Shown in pieces: positions 33,943 through 46,648 of a stretch of DNA of 53,637 bases. The notes under the pieces are model-generated. The model saw nothing but the letters and a program-made list of their open reading frames with translations. It searched no databases and was not told the origin of the DNA. The position numbers were made by a program, and so were the translations under genes. Position 1 is the first letter of the stretch; every line of letters begins with the position of its first letter. The stretch comes from Perkinsus chesapeaki ATCC PRA-425 (lineage: Eukaryota; Protista; Perkinsozoa): the NCBI GenBank assembly GCA_013115145.1, contig JAAPAO010000200.1, positions 1 to 53,637 of the forward strand, written 5' to 3'.

Positions 33943-35808
33943 GTGCCGGCACGAACTCGAAGTCAGCCTTCCACATGGACTGTGCATGCGTGTGAAGGGT
34001 GTGTTTGCGTGCATGAAGGCCGTCAAAGCTGTGTTCTGTTGCACTCGGGTGATTTATTACCACTATTTCCTATGCCCCCCACCGTACCATCCAGAACATC
34101 GTTGGCCCGTGGCAGCTTCGTGAAAAAGCTTCCCGTTGTCGGAGCCATCTCTGGCCTCTGCAAAGACTTCGGGTGGAAGTTGATTTTCATGCTTCATTTC
34201 ACCAACCATTGGGCGAAAGGCTTCAGCTACATCATGATAGCCTCGACCATTCGATTCTACTTTCGTGCCATGAATGTGCCTGGTCCTGACATCGATCGCT
34301 ATTATTCTGTAATATTCATGCCTTGGGCCATGAAGCCTTGGTTAGGTGTGATCTCTGATTCGGTCCCTATTTTCGGCTATCATAAGTTGCCCTATATGAT
34401 GCTCATCAGCCTTCTTGGCCTTATAGGGACAATCGTGGCCGTCTCATTGAAACTGGTTGAGAGTAACGCCCCCATTGCTACCGTGGGTCTATTCTGTGCA
34501 AATCTTCAAATTATGGGTTATGACCTCTTCGCAGAAGCCGTCTATTCACGTCGTCTGGCGGTCGTTCCAGACTCCGGCCCAAGTCTTGTCAGTTACGTTT
34601 GGGCCGGTAATCAGCTTCTTGGTCTATTCGCTACACTGCTGGTTGGTTTCATCGTTGAACACGCTGATGGTGTTTGGGGCCTCGGTGGTGCGCAGTGGGC
34701 AATTCTTACTACTATCTTCACATCATCAACTGTTATTATCCCCGCATGGATGAACTTTTTCGAGGAACCCAAGGTGACCAAAGAAGAGGCAAGAGCGCAC
34801 CGCAAGCATTTATGGGGAAGCCAGAAAGAAGTTGCGATTCTGTCTGTCGTTGTTGGTCTTACAGCTGTCGGATATTCTGTCATCAACCTAGTTGCCAGAT
34901 CCAATACTGTAGCCTTCGTGACAGCTCTTGTGAGTGTCGCTCTACTCACTGGATTCGCTTTCTCTGTGATGCGACCTGTGATTGGTAAACTAATGTTGTT
35001 CAATGCAATATCACAAGTCACTATCATATCAGTTGGTGGCCCGTCGATCTATTTTTTCACTGATGACGAGCAACAGTATCCCGCCGGGCCTCACTTTTCT
35101 GACATTTTCTATGGTTCAGTTCTCGGCACGGTAGGGCAACTCTGCTCCGTTCTTGCTATTTTCGCCTTTGGCAAGTTTATGAAGAAGTGGAAGTACCGAA
35201 CAGTATACCTTGTCATGACGATTATGCTCGTTGTCATGCAGTCTGGTGATCCCATCATCTTTTCACGTCTTAACGTTCGTATTGGTATTCCAGACCATGT
35301 ATTTGCAGTGGGAAGCACTGCTCTAGTAGCCGCAGTGTCCATGATACAGTTCATGCCTGGTTTCCTGATTCTCTCTCACTTATGTCCTAAAAATATGGAG
35401 GCTACGATGTTCGCTTTGCTGGCATCTTTGTCAAACTACAGCCAAAACGTCACCCCTCCAATCGCTGGTTACATAAGTCAATTGCTTGGCGTCACACCGA
35501 GAGGGCTGCCTGGTGTTGATGAGTCGGAGACCTTTACTAATCTTTGGATCGTCTCATTGATATTGATGGGCCTTAGTATAACATCGATCTTCTTCTTATG
35601 GCTCATTCCTAATGCCAGAATGAATGAGCGCATTCTGATTGATGGTGATGACACATCAGCTACGGCTGGGTCTTTGGTGGAAAGGTGGTTCAAAGGAAAG
35701 AAAACTGGTGACACCAAGAGCGAGGTTAACTATGAAGTGAGCTCTGAGAAACCATTGGATCCTCCAAGTGATAAGGAGGATAAGAACAATACCGAACTCA
35801 TTCGTTAG
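33943..35808 (+). CDS. BT1-family folate/biopterin transporter (MFS); start uncertain (in-frame ATG at 34069 or an upstream exon)
   Basis: About 12 hydrophobic segments; BT1 signature PWAMKPWLGVISDSVPIFGYHKLPYM, and LCPKNMEATMFALLASLSN; long intact ORF. Confidence 0.88.
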   Translation: MPARTRSQPSTWTVHACEGCVCVHEGRQSCVLLHSGDLLPLFPMPPTVPSRTSLARGSFVKKLPVVGAISGLCKDFGWKLIFMLHFTNHWAKGFSYIMIASTIRFYFRAMNVPGPDIDRYYSVIFMPWAMKPWLGVISDSVPIFGYHKLPYMMLISLLGLIGTIVAVSLKLVESNAPIATVGLFCANLQIMGYDLFAEAVYSRRLAVVPDSGPSLVSYVWAGNQLLGLFATLLVGFIVEHADGVWGLGGAQWAILTTIFTSSTVIIPAWMNFFEEPKVTKEEARAHRKHLWGSQKEVAILSVVVGLTAVGYSVINLVARSNTVAFVTALVSVALLTGFAFSVMRPVIGKLMLFNAISQVTIISVGGPSIYFFTDDEQQYPAGPHFSDIFYGSVLGTVGQLCSVLAIFAFGKFMKKWKYRTVYLVMTIMLVVMQSGDPIIFSRLNVRIGIPDHVFAVGSTALVAAVSMIQFMPGFLILSHLCPKNMEATMFALLASLSNYSQNVTPPIAGYISQLLGVTPRGLPGVDESETFTNLWIVSLILMGLSITSIFFLWLIPNARMNERILIDGDDTSATAGSLVERWFKGKKTGDTKSEVNYEVSSEKPLDPPSDKEDKNNTELIR

Positions 35809-36376
35809 TCGGCGTTCGAGGCATTATTATTTCACCTCTACGCCACTGTCTATCTGTCTGCTGACTACGCGAGTCTCCAATATCTTCTGTCACTGTATGT
35901 CACTATTTCTGGGTGGTCGACTTTTGGTAATGACGGTCACTGTGTTGGTAATATGACGCGGGCATTCTGTTAGATGCGGCCGATTCAAGTGCTTATTTGA
36001 AGGGCACCTTCTGTAAAGTACGTACTCTTTTTCCTGCCCTTGTTTCATATCCATCAATGCCATTAATACAATTTGACTCCGAATGCGGTAATGCTAGTTG
36101 ATATCGCGGCCGTCCTTGCCAGCAAGTCCTCGTAAAACTATCAAAACGCTATTTTTCATATCAGACTTAAGGTCAAACAGTTGAATATAACTTCCTGATA
36201 TTGTGTTTTTGTGTTTGTTAATTATTGGCACCCCTCCTGATGCCCCAACTGACTTCTAGTAGACGATGAGTATCTCATTAGCTAAAGGCGGATGTGTAGG
36301 TGGGTTTATACCAAGTCGGGTTCCATAACGGGCCAACCGTGAAGATTGGAGGTGTAATCACTGATGGTGAATCACC

Positions 36377-36772
36377 ATGCTAGAAGTTCTAGCATTACCC
36401 ACTGACCGAATCACCGATGTGCCTCTGTCGAAAGCACTGTCACCCTGGGCCCAGTATTCTCGAGACATTTTTATTTTGTATCCCCTACTCCCTACTCTCC
36501 CCTTTTTGTTCTATACGCTGATCGCTAAGGGACATCCGCACCTTGCTCTCGTGTTTCTTTGTATTCTATGCGCTACTCGAAAGACTAGAGTGAAGTACAC
36601 ACGGCCTTTCTATAGGTGTTTTAAATACATGTATATCGGTGTCTATCCTCTACAATTGGTGCTTGGATATGCTTTGCGATGTTTGTCCGACTCAACTCGA
36701 CCCGCTGGCACCCATGCCCACGTTGTTGTGTTGATTGAGGATAGAATCGCGACTGCGGAGAGCCTGTATTGA
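36377..36772 (+). CDS. Possible small membrane protein or exon fragment
   Basis: 131-aa ATG ORF with hydrophobic stretches (IFILYPLLPTLPFLFYTLI, LALVFLCILC) followed by a basic patch; no family recognised. Confidence 0.3.
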   Translation: MLEVLALPTDRITDVPLSKALSPWAQYSRDIFILYPLLPTLPFLFYTLIAKGHPHLALVFLCILCATRKTRVKYTRPFYRCFKYMYIGVYPLQLVLGYALRCLSDSTRPAGTHAHVVVLIEDRIATAESLY

Positions 36773-36794
36773 GGACCAACTGGAGTTGGCGAAT

Positions 36795-39179
36795 TCAAAG
36801 TGGGAGATGACTGACAGTAGCACCCATCGTGTGTAACGTCGGAGTTCCGCCTAGAGATGATGTGGTCATCTTAACAGCCAGCATGAGCTGTTTGGAATTC
36901 CAGTGTAGATGGGCTCTATTAGCTTCAAATGACATCTCCGCGAACTCGGCAGAGAGTAATGTTATTTGTTGAGAGAAGGGCAGGCCTGTTACTTTCTGCT
37001 TCGTGTCGCTAATATGTCGATGGTGGTAGATTTGTTCCGGAGGCAATTGTTAATATTATAAACACAAATCGTATAAATGGTAAAATGACCGGATATAGGC
37101 AATATTACGAGCGATTGCCGCCGCCTGATTGAGTGACTCTGCTTACACCAATGAGCCCGTTCAGGAACCACTGCAATCGAGAATAAATAAATGACTGGAA
37201 CTTGGGGTTCTCTATACTAGTTGGCGGCCAACGCAGAGAATCTGCGGCTACAAGAGCAGAACTTTCCATCAGTTCACCGAGACCGTGATCCTCCAGCGAA
37301 CATAGTAACTTCAAGTCATCTGTTTCTGTCCACGTCCAAGTTGGATCTTCTCTCCACGTAGGAGGCGCCCGACCAGTCTGTGCAGTAATCCTCTGTGATA
37401 CACTTGACAGATAAGAAGGATCACTTGTACTGAGGAGCAAAAATGGTCGTGAAATGTTGGCTGATGATGATGACGCTTACCTCAACCTTTCAATAGTGAG
37501 TCTTATAAGATAAAGCTGTCCGTACCGTCGCATAAAGTTCATTCCTTCTCCAATGAGATAATTATCCAAAGGAGTGCCGTCCGGAAAATGGGTTGGGAAT
37601 CTTTCAAGACTCTCCTCGCCTTGGGACATTCTACTTTCAATATCGTTAACAATCTGAGGAAGCCAGAGCCCGATAACCGCGCGCATTATGGGTGGAAGGG
37701 GCGGCTTACTTTCAGGTAACGGAAGAACATGACAACGTAAGCGTCGAAAATGTGACGTGGTAATCCTCGGAACTCTGGTGGAGATCGGGGTTGAGTGGCA
37801 TGCGGTCGTTCTCTGGGAATGTAGAAGCGCATCGCGAAGGCGAAAAATCTTCTTCTGGCATCGAGGGGAAAGAACTCCCAAACAGATCTGATGTAAGACA
37901 CTCCTCGTAAATGTGAAAATGGGGAAATGGAATTGTACCTTCCATGGAGCTCTACAAGCTCTTTCACACTCAACGTCTCCCAAATGTTTGGGATCCTCGT
38001 AGGTGATCGAGGGGCACCACTGCCATTGCTGTTGAACCCAAAGGAGGGCTGGCCTGAGCCGAAGGTAGGCGGAAGACCAACTTGAGCTCCATAGCCGCTC
38101 GAATTCCTCTGAAATTAAAAAACTGTTTCGAAAGTCTAGGTTAAGTCCAATCTTACCGAGGCTTGCCCGAAGCGTCCCATATTGACTTGGTTCATAGATT
38201 GCTGCAATTGACGGGGTACCCCTTGGGAGTCTAACACAGCGGTGCTACGTGTGATATATAGTGCAGGGTCCGAAGTACGACTGGGTTCACCGAGGGCCTG
38301 GAATCCAGTTGCCCCTCCGGTCTCCCTAGATACACCACCACCATCAGCGGGCCTTCCTCCCGAAGCAGCCTGGGCTTGAACAGACCAAGGTTGACGGGCC
38401 TCTTCAAGTAGGACGGCCAGTACTTCATATATTTTATGGTTTTCCATGCCCCTTACTAAGCGGGCACCATCACTTACAGCTAAGAACAACGTGGGTCGAT
38501 CGGGGCCTCTGATGAATTGACCGTTACCAAGATAGACGTAGACGTAGAATCCGCTTGAGGAAAGCGTGACACCAACAAGTAGTTCCCCTTGCATTTGCTT
38601 ATGTTGAGAGATAGGCGCTGTAGTCGAAGACATCGCCGGGATAGGCTCTGCACGAGGACTTGGATTTGGGGGTTGAGGACGTGCATAGGGATGAGTTAAG
38701 ATATTACTGCTAGTAGCCCTTTGTGGTGGTGGTGGAGGGTTGGGGTTAACGAAATCATTGTTGGTTACAGTTTTACGAGCAGCAGGAGAGTCAGCACTCA
38801 ACGTATCAGAAGTACGGGACAGACCGGGGGGCAGAATTCCCCCGTCAGCGTACAGTTGAAGAACGTCAGTACGCTTGGCCTCGGCCTGCCCTTGCCGAAG
38901 TCGCTCAACAGCGACCAGCGCCGCACTCGAACCGAATCGCATGTTCTCGAGATAGCAGGCATGAAGAGTTGGGCACGAGAGTATGTCATAGGCCTCCTTG
39001 ATGGTCTTAAAGAACTCCTCGGAGGCCTTCCTCAGTTCCTTGGACTCGGTATTCACCGTGCTCGGATGGAACCGTAGCGAAAGACTTAGATACGCCGATC
39101 GTATACGTTCCTTATCAGCCGACGGAGGTACTCCGAGAACTTCGAAGAGAGTTGGCGGTTGCGTTTTAGCATTCATCAT
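36795..39179 (-). CDS. J-like (DnaJ, HPD>HPS) domain protein with C-terminal CHD3/4/5-type SANT-like (DUF1086) and SLIDE-like region, about 5 exons
   Basis: N-terminus LFEVLGV...IRSAYLSLSLRFHPS...FKTIKEAYDILS is a J-domain. A phase-0 TCG|GTAAG...TTCAG|AGG splice links to the exon encoding ARRRFFAFAMRFYIP...FRGLPRHIFDAYVVMFFRYLK, then AAA|GTAAG...CTCAG| to HFPDGTP...RRYGQLYLIRLTI, then WTETDDLKLLCSLEDHGLG. A probable last exon ends at TGA 36795. Confidence 0.7.
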
Positions 39180-39279
39180 AATAAAAAATAAATGCTGAAA
39201 AAATCGTGAGCTATCTAACTGTTTCAGGCCTCAAGGGATACGCGTGCACAAGTCTCAGTGGTACATAGAGATATGGTAG

Positions 39280-41212
39280 CTAAGACGAAGAGCGAGTAAA
39301 CACAAAGGTAGTGTAGAAGTTGAAGACAGGCTCCTCTTCTGGCGACAATACAACGCCTGAATGCTTCCTTCGGAAAGTCCTAACCACGTCGCACTTCGTC
39401 TCGTAGTGGTCCAGAAACGCGCCGAAATTTGCGTGCAGCACGCACTTGAGATTTGATCCACGTGCTGCCGCGTCGAAGGACTTGAAGGGAACCATGTACT
39501 CAGCTTGGTCGTCAATGCTTTCGATAAGCCAAAACCGATATACCACACCCCATATAGAAGAACACATCTTATGATCGATGACCGCCGCCGCAGATTCACC
39601 TTGAGGAACTGCTGTACGCGTGCGGCAGAGTTTAGCCAACTCTTCCTTCTCGAAGGTCACACTATAGTGGTCATTGCCGAACTTCGCAGAACCGTCCGAA
39701 GATATCGTTGTATGCTTAAGCCTGTTAGATATGGTCTCGCTGCAGGGAATGGTACCGATGAAATTGCCACCAGGTTTTAGGACAGCTGAAACTCTGGCTA
39801 ATAGCTGCTGCGCGGCTTCCTCGCTGGACATAAGATAGTGCATAGCCAGTTGCATGGAGACAGTATCGAAAACTCTAGTGTCACCAGCAGCCGCAGCACA
39901 GCAAACTCCTTCTTGCTCGGCGATTAAGATTGCCTGAAAAAGTACAAATGAGTGATAGGTAAATTCCAGCTGCATGGAAAAGCGACACGGCGAGCCAATG
40001 CGACGCGACGTGGATCTGGAACGAGACCTGTGCGACTTCACCGACCTTCTTAAACGTTGTCTCGTCTTCCAGGTTGCCTTGGATGAATACTGCACGGTAC
40101 TGCAATCTCTGCTCGGATTCACCGTATCGGCGTTTGGCTTCTTCAATGGCCTCGGAAGATATATCAATACCGATGTACAACCTGCCAAAAGAGAATGCGA
40201 CGCCGAACGATCGCATAGCTAAATCAAGTTCTGGAACGTTTTCTCACCTCGGTTTGCACGCACTGTATTTCCACAAATCCTGCCCGTGTCCGCAGGCGAG
40301 GTCCAGGACCACCGGGCCCGACGGGGGTACGAACTTCTCTATCAGCACACGCTTCACCAAGTTGTTGTACTTCCTCAAGGCCCCAACTTCAGATTCATTT
40401 TGGGACACCTGGTTCCTGGTTTTACGGTCGTAGTGGTCCTGCACGTTGAAACTGGCCGCGGCTCCAGCGGCGGTGAAGAGGTTTTCGTAGCACAGAGCTG
40501 GCGCGGGCATGCCGTCGGCCATCGTAGCGAGCGACTCGGCATTACGGAGCAAATCTCGGACGGCCACGCTGAGTCCATGTGAATGGTGCCCAATCATTCT
40601 GGTATATTGGTTTCTCAGCAGGGAGGGATTCACATCAACCCTGAGGCCGCGCCCTTGGACCACGACGCGCCACCAGAGATCAGGGCCCTTGTTGAAACGG
40701 AAGACCGTGCAGGGCCCCTCGGGACCTTGGTAGTCTATCTGGGGAATGCAGACGTCCACTCGTAGATGAATGCTGCTTTCGGGCCGATATATCAGGTACC
40801 GCTCGACGATCTCCTCACCACCAGTGGGTGCCACAGTCGCCTCCGAAACGTCAACACTGGTCCAACCAGCTTCGTGTGCTTTGAGGGATTGCACTGCCTT
40901 CGAGGGTTCCTGTAGAGCTGCGTCATCCTTAGTATCGAAGGAGCCGCTAGGATCGATGAAGCAACAACCAGTCGCTCGGGATATGGGTAGACCGACAGAC
41001 TCACCGCTCATCTTGTCAGTGAACGTAACCAAGGATACCGATAACCGAACCTCCTCTTTCGGACGAGACGCCAGAGCCTTTATAAGACCGCCTTCGAGCC
41101 GCCGGAAGATGGGCATGTAGGAGGACCCTGAGAGCTCGCTCGGGGCGCACATTCGCAACTGTCTCGGAATTCCGTCTTTGGGCGGTTGCACTGCCGGGGT
41201 GGCGCTTGTCAT
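39280..41212 (-). CDS. RNMT: mRNA cap guanine-N7 methyltransferase (RNMT/Abd1-like) with ~250-aa N-terminal extension, 3 exons
   Basis: VQDHYD, LRKYNNLVKRVLI, VLDLACGHGQDLWKY, YIGIDIS, FDTVSMQLAMHY, LKPGGNFIGT, YRFWLIESID, EYMVPF. In-frame GT-AG introns near 40246-40184 and ~40046-39939. Confidence 0.9.
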
Positions 41213-41571
41213 CGTATAGGGGCAGAAACAAGAAGCTGAGAGAGTGGTGAAAGATACTCCAGAGAACTCAAGACGAAATTCAGAGGTGTCATGTCACAAC
41301 CATTTGAACAAATTATAGTCCTCCAAGCTGAACGGCACTCGCCACTGTGGAGGTAGATGCTTAGGTATGATAGGCCGCCTTAAAGCATGATGATAAGGTT
41401 CCTTAAGAGACGGAACAACTCACATTTGTCTTGGCGGAACCTGGGGCACGTGCATGTTGTCAGAGTGAATGTCAAGACTGGTGTCGAGCTTCTTTCCGTC
41501 AACGTAGTGAGCAGCGATATAAAGTCTGTAACTGCGCGGAGGGTACAAAGATCCCAGCTCAGACGATTCCC

Positions 41572-43500
41572 TCACTTCTCCTCGGAGCCAGGCTTAGTGC
41601 AAATGGAGCGCATTAGGGGACGAGGGCCGCCACTCGGTCGATGATTCCGACTGAGAATCCTGCTGCCGTTGAGGGAGTAGTTGGCGTCCAAGTAGACCTT
41701 TCCATCACACTCGCCCCTGGTCCCCTTAAGCGTAAGATGAGCGTCCTTCATAGGGTGCTTGAAGAGAACCCCGGGATGAGTAAAGCGATAGAGATCTCGT
41801 TGGAGCTCAGGGCCACAGGTGAGCCTATGGCCATAAGAGCCAGTATCAACATCTGTCGCAGCTATACCGTGCCCTGACAAAGACACTTGTCAGGGGGGGG
41901 TGGTATGAGCTGCATGTACCAAGATGGAAGGAATACAACTGGGGGACAGAGGGCACCGCGAAGACTGTCGAGATGGGAGTGCTGGGAGGACCATCTGCAA
42001 GAAGTGCCATGGGACAACTCTGCAGGGAAAAGCCGCCCGCGAGGGATGCCACCACCAGAGCCGGACGCAACGTCGGTCATCGTGAAACCAATATTTCTGA
42101 AATCACACACAACCAAGCGGGCAGGTTTGTCAAGACTCCATGGTGAGCTCGATTCCGGCGCCGCCGAACCGACCGAGATCAGAGGAGTTCGCAGGAGACC
42201 CAGATGAAGCTCGGGGGCGTTTCGGCGTCCCGCTTCCTCGAGGAGACGCGCAATCGGGCCCGATGCCGGTGTAACTGACCGAAACGTTGAACTATGGCGA
42301 ATACCGACGCGCTCACATCCACTCGATGAAAGGGTGATGAAATTCATAGGGATAAGCCGGCAGCAGCGGTGCAAGGTTCTGGAGGATATAAAGGAAGTTC
42401 TGAAGGGGAAATGAAAAATGTTCAACCACAGAGAAAGCTACTTCGAGCGTTGGCCAGAAGAAGATGTACTCCCCCAGAAGGTCACCGCTGACGAGGTTGA
42501 TGCTATCGAGCCCGAAGATCGCTGCCGCGGAGATATCGCAGGAACCTGACACTGAAGCTCGACCGAGCGTGGAAGATACGCTTACTTCCGTCATCTCCGC
42601 AAGGCTGCAGGGTCATGCCGCATGGGCTCAAGCTTGCAGTTCGGCAGTCCAGGGTGCTGGAGAAGAGGTACGTCTGCCCGCCAGAGGAGGCTCCTCGATC
42701 AATGGCCGGTGAAATCGGTGCGGTGGGAAGAGTTACCGAGGGACTCGGACCAGCGGCGAACGGAACTGGGCGTAATATCCTACAATGGTTACTGCTGACT
42801 GCGTCAAAACGTACCATGGCCGCGCCACATCCCTGGCGCACGGCTGACCAGCTCGTCACTGAGATCTACACTAGTGTAGGCGACTTCATACCTGAGACTA
42901 AGTATAGACGGAATGACCAGCATCAGCAGCAGCTTACCCTCCCCCGTCCTCGGGGGGAAGTTGCTTGAACGCTCTGAGCAACTGCATTTTCACAAAACCA
43001 GGCGCTGAGTTGGGGGAGTTCAGCACCACATCCAAGAGCTCGGCCATAACACCTAGATTGAATACAGGCAGAATATCAGCTCGAAGACTTTACTCGGCAC
43101 TTCTGGACATGAACTTGTTCCATTGTTGGAGCGAACAGGGCCGAGGGAGGGAGAGGCTACCATCCCCGGGATGGAGCTGTTCCGTGGACTGGCCGCCGAG
43201 TCGCCGGGCACATCTGAGAAGATGAGGCTCTGATATGGCCGAGTGGGAGACTTCGTACCCAGCCTCTTCGATGGCAATGACAACTTCATGACATTGTGGA
43301 GGAGAGGGTTGTAGTGGGTGTAGGAGAACTCCAGCAACCTGTCTCGGACCTGAGGAGAGAGTAGGTTCGCTGATAGGGGTCTGTCGTACAGCCTTGGGCA
43401 ATGACCCTTGAGTATCCAGCTCTAAAACGTTATCAATAAAAGCTTTGTGATCATAGACCAAAGCACCTACGTACCTGAAGGGGAGTAAAGAGAGCAGCAT
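41572..43500 (-). CDS. Multi-exon coding region of unknown product (a separate gene or the 3' part of the PX gene)
   Basis: Chain of minus-strand open segments with GT-AG junctions, for example SCPEVP-S|VMAELLDVVLNSPNSAPGFVKMQLLRAFKQLP, EYIFFWPTLEVAFSVVEHF and DLYRFTHPGVLFKHP. Ends not resolved. Confidence 0.45.
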
Positions 43501-43606
43501 GATCGACTCAGGTAGCGTACTCAGGGTGGTAAGGCAAATGAAGGAGCTTAGCCCGCGCCATGTGCTCCGGAGGATTCGTGGCTAATCGGTGATAGTCTAC
43601 ATGAAC

Positions 43607-46020
43607 CTATGAGACCGATAAGGGGACGCTCCAAGAGGCAGCAGCACAGATCACATTGCAAGGCGCTCTTAAAGTGTCTCCGAAGTCCTTCGGCGGGGGC
43701 ACCCGCCGCCATCTGCTCTGGTCAAAGCTGACATCACTGTTGTCCTCTCCGCTGTCCGTTGTGGTTGGAGGAGGAGCGTTCAGTGAGTCGTAATAGTTGA
43801 TGGAACCGGAAGGGGTTGATGAGGCGGGGTTGTGGAGTAGGAGTAAGTAGCTTACTATCGGTGCTTGGGTCGCTCTCCTCCGTGCCATCATCGTAAGTAA
43901 TCGTCGAAACGCACGTGGACACCTTCAGCAACGCCTCCTGGGCGACCTTCCGCAGGTCCAACCCGCCTCGGGACCCTCCACCGGCCTGAGTTCCTCGACG
44001 GGCACTCTGTCGGCCACTGAGAGAGTTCTGGCGTCCTGATGAGGTGCGATGTGACGGAGGAGCGGTATGGCAGGCATCACCGTGAATGGAGGACTTCATT
44101 ATTCTCGGAACGTTGGTGCGTCTTTGAACCTTGAACGGACGTCGATGAAGTCCAAGACTCCCGGAAGTAGTTCTTACCAGAACGCCTGGAGGGCCTCCTA
44201 TCATACCCGAGACGGCCGGGCCACTGCCTAGTATCTTAAGCCAGGTGGTGTACCTGTATACGGCGACGGCGGTCGAAGAGGAAGGAGCGACCCTATAGAC
44301 TTACTCTTGAACGGCCCACTCGTCACCATTGAGGAGATCAATAAGTCGGTCACCTGGAGGGCTGATAGTTCTAATTATTTGGAATGAATCAAGTCGGCTA
44401 GACTGCCCTGAAGGAGGAGGATGAGCTCGCCACGGAGGAGTTGATGAGGTGGTTACCTCGGTTAAGCCGTATATGCATTTCGAGGCGCATCCCTTGAAGA
44501 TAGGTGAAGGGGAAGGTCTTGAGGACGTGGGTATACAGTCCAGCTTCACTGTTGAACTCGAATGACAGCAGCTTCCGGAGGAAGCCAAGGGCAACACAGG
44601 CCGACACAGGTGGGGTCTCGGAGAGGCTGCCAACCTGAGAGAGAAGGAGCTCCGGGTCGACTAAGTCACGGGCGCCCGACCTCCGGCAGCAGGCCAACTG
44701 GTGTTGAAGCATCACCATACTGGGGGTAGGCGGCGTTCTCGTTGTAGAGGTAGCTCTGGCCGGTCGGATCAAAGCCGATGAAGAGGACTCGAATGGAGGG
44801 CTCTCGGTACTGCGGTTTGTTCTGGGCGAACCAGCACTCGAACGTCCTGATAATTTGAACCTGATTACATACAGTATGAGCCCGGCTTATGAGTCTACAG
44901 TTACCTTGTCGTTACTTGGCGAATCATCGGCCACCTCATCCGTGAGAGGGCCCGACTCCCCTTGGGCTTCCAGCAGCTGAAGGCATCCACCGTCACAGAC
45001 AGTGCCGAGGCGCAAGAGGGTACCTTTTCCATGAAAGATCCCAATGCCGCACAAGCCTCCTCATCGGGCGTCATCTTCCTTGTCATTTCACCTTTGCCTT
45101 CAACACCAGCTACGGGGACCGGTCGCAGCGGACTTGTCACATGCAGGGAGTTATCAATACTGTCGGGACCGTGAAGGTGCTCGCCGAACGACCTGCCTGA
45201 GGGCGGACAAGTCCCGGGAAGCTACTCCCCGGTGTAAAGCTATCACCGCTGAACTCGCTCGAGGGTACCTGCCCGACAAGCGAGGAGGGGGGGTTGTAGA
45301 GGTCATTCCGAAGGCTCAAGGGGACTTCTAGGAACTCGGAAACCTGCAAACCGATTCCCGGGTGAGTTGAGGGCGGCACATTTCTCACCACATTTTGCAT
45401 GCTTGGCGACATCACCAACAAGAAGGGCAGAAGGTTGTCCAGGTACTGCTGGAGGCCCTCCCGCCGGGCAGCTACAAATTCTGGATCGAGCCGCGGCACT
45501 GAGGTAAGAGGATGATGAGCAGGGTAGGCTCTCACTGCAGCTGCTCACCGAGAAGGGTTTTGGGAGGCAGCTCTGGGAGGCGCAAGGCATGCTGAACGGA
45601 CTCGGCGGCAGAGAGGAGCAACCTAAAACCAGAAGGAGTGCTGGCGCCTCCAATTCGGTGGCGCGAAGATTGAAGGCGCCTGGCGCGTGCACATGAACCA
45701 TGCCTCAATTGTCCCACCTGTGAAGCTTGTGGTCGGCCTCACTGAATGCACTGTATCGTCGGTAGACGGTCCAAGTATCACTGACCCCTCCTGAGGGTCC
45801 CTCGAATAGTTGTAGCTTCACAGTGTACCTGAGAATGAGGGGGGTATCAATATGTGCCGTGTTGTGCTGCAGCTCCTACATAACGTACTGCCTACCCAGT
45901 GTCGGCGTAACACTATCAGCAGAGATGATCGAGGCTCTCAGTTGCATTACCATACCACCAAGAGCTAATAGGCATCAACAAGGCAACATTATCGGGCGAA
46001 TCGATACCAAAGTCACTCAT
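43607..46020 (-). CDS. PX (phox-homology) domain protein, multi-exon; 3' end uncertain
   Basis: Exons give YTVKLQLF...WTVYRRYSAFSE (RRYSxF), LPELPPKTLL, LDPEFVAARREGLQQYLDNLL and VSEFLEVP: the canonical PX motifs in order. Confidence 0.75.
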
Positions 46021-46648
46021 GGAAAGGTGGAGCAACACAGAACAAAGGCAACACGGAAAACTCTCGAGAATGTGGCTAACGGGGAAAGGGGAGTGCACTC
46101 ATCGGCGGGAGGATGTACGGCGACCCTGAGGGGAATACAAAGCACAAGTTTGAGACGCGCAAACACAAGGATCATTAGCTTACTTCATCTCGGCTGGAGC
46201 CTCGCTCCCTCCGGATTGGCTCCCTGCGAGAGCCGCTGGAGGATCTCCTCGGTATTTTTTCGAAAGGGCTGGAAGATCTTCTGTGACCTGAAAGGCAAGG
46301 AAGTTCGCAATGGTCGGAAAGGTAGGGATCATACTAAACAAGGGGGAACATGCCTCTCGTCAAGTGACACGACGCCAGTCGCGTGAACTTTATAGCTAAG
46401 CCAGCACAACCGTACTCCTCGAGTGTGATATGCACCGAAATCAAGCGCCAGCGAAATATTATTAGAGATACAAGGTCCGAGGGAGAAAGGGGGAAGACGC
46501 CTGTTAACGATGAGCATCGGCGTCGCAGCAAAACGGTCTACGTGAATGTCACAGCTGACATGTTTGCGACAACACATGGGTTACTGCGTGTGCGTGCAAA
46601 AACGTTAATCGAAGATCGCTGCAACGCACAATGTGAAAGGCGATCACA

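Noticed and set aside
18513-35808. A biosynthetic gene cluster around the NRPS-PKS (with the BT1 transporter)
   Set aside because: No PPTase, tailoring enzymes or regulator lie adjacent; the neighbours are housekeeping genes, a pseudogene and a transposon, so co-function is unsupported.
45823-46386. 187-aa plus-strand ORF
   Set aside because: It lies antisense to the 5' end of the PX gene and has no motifs.
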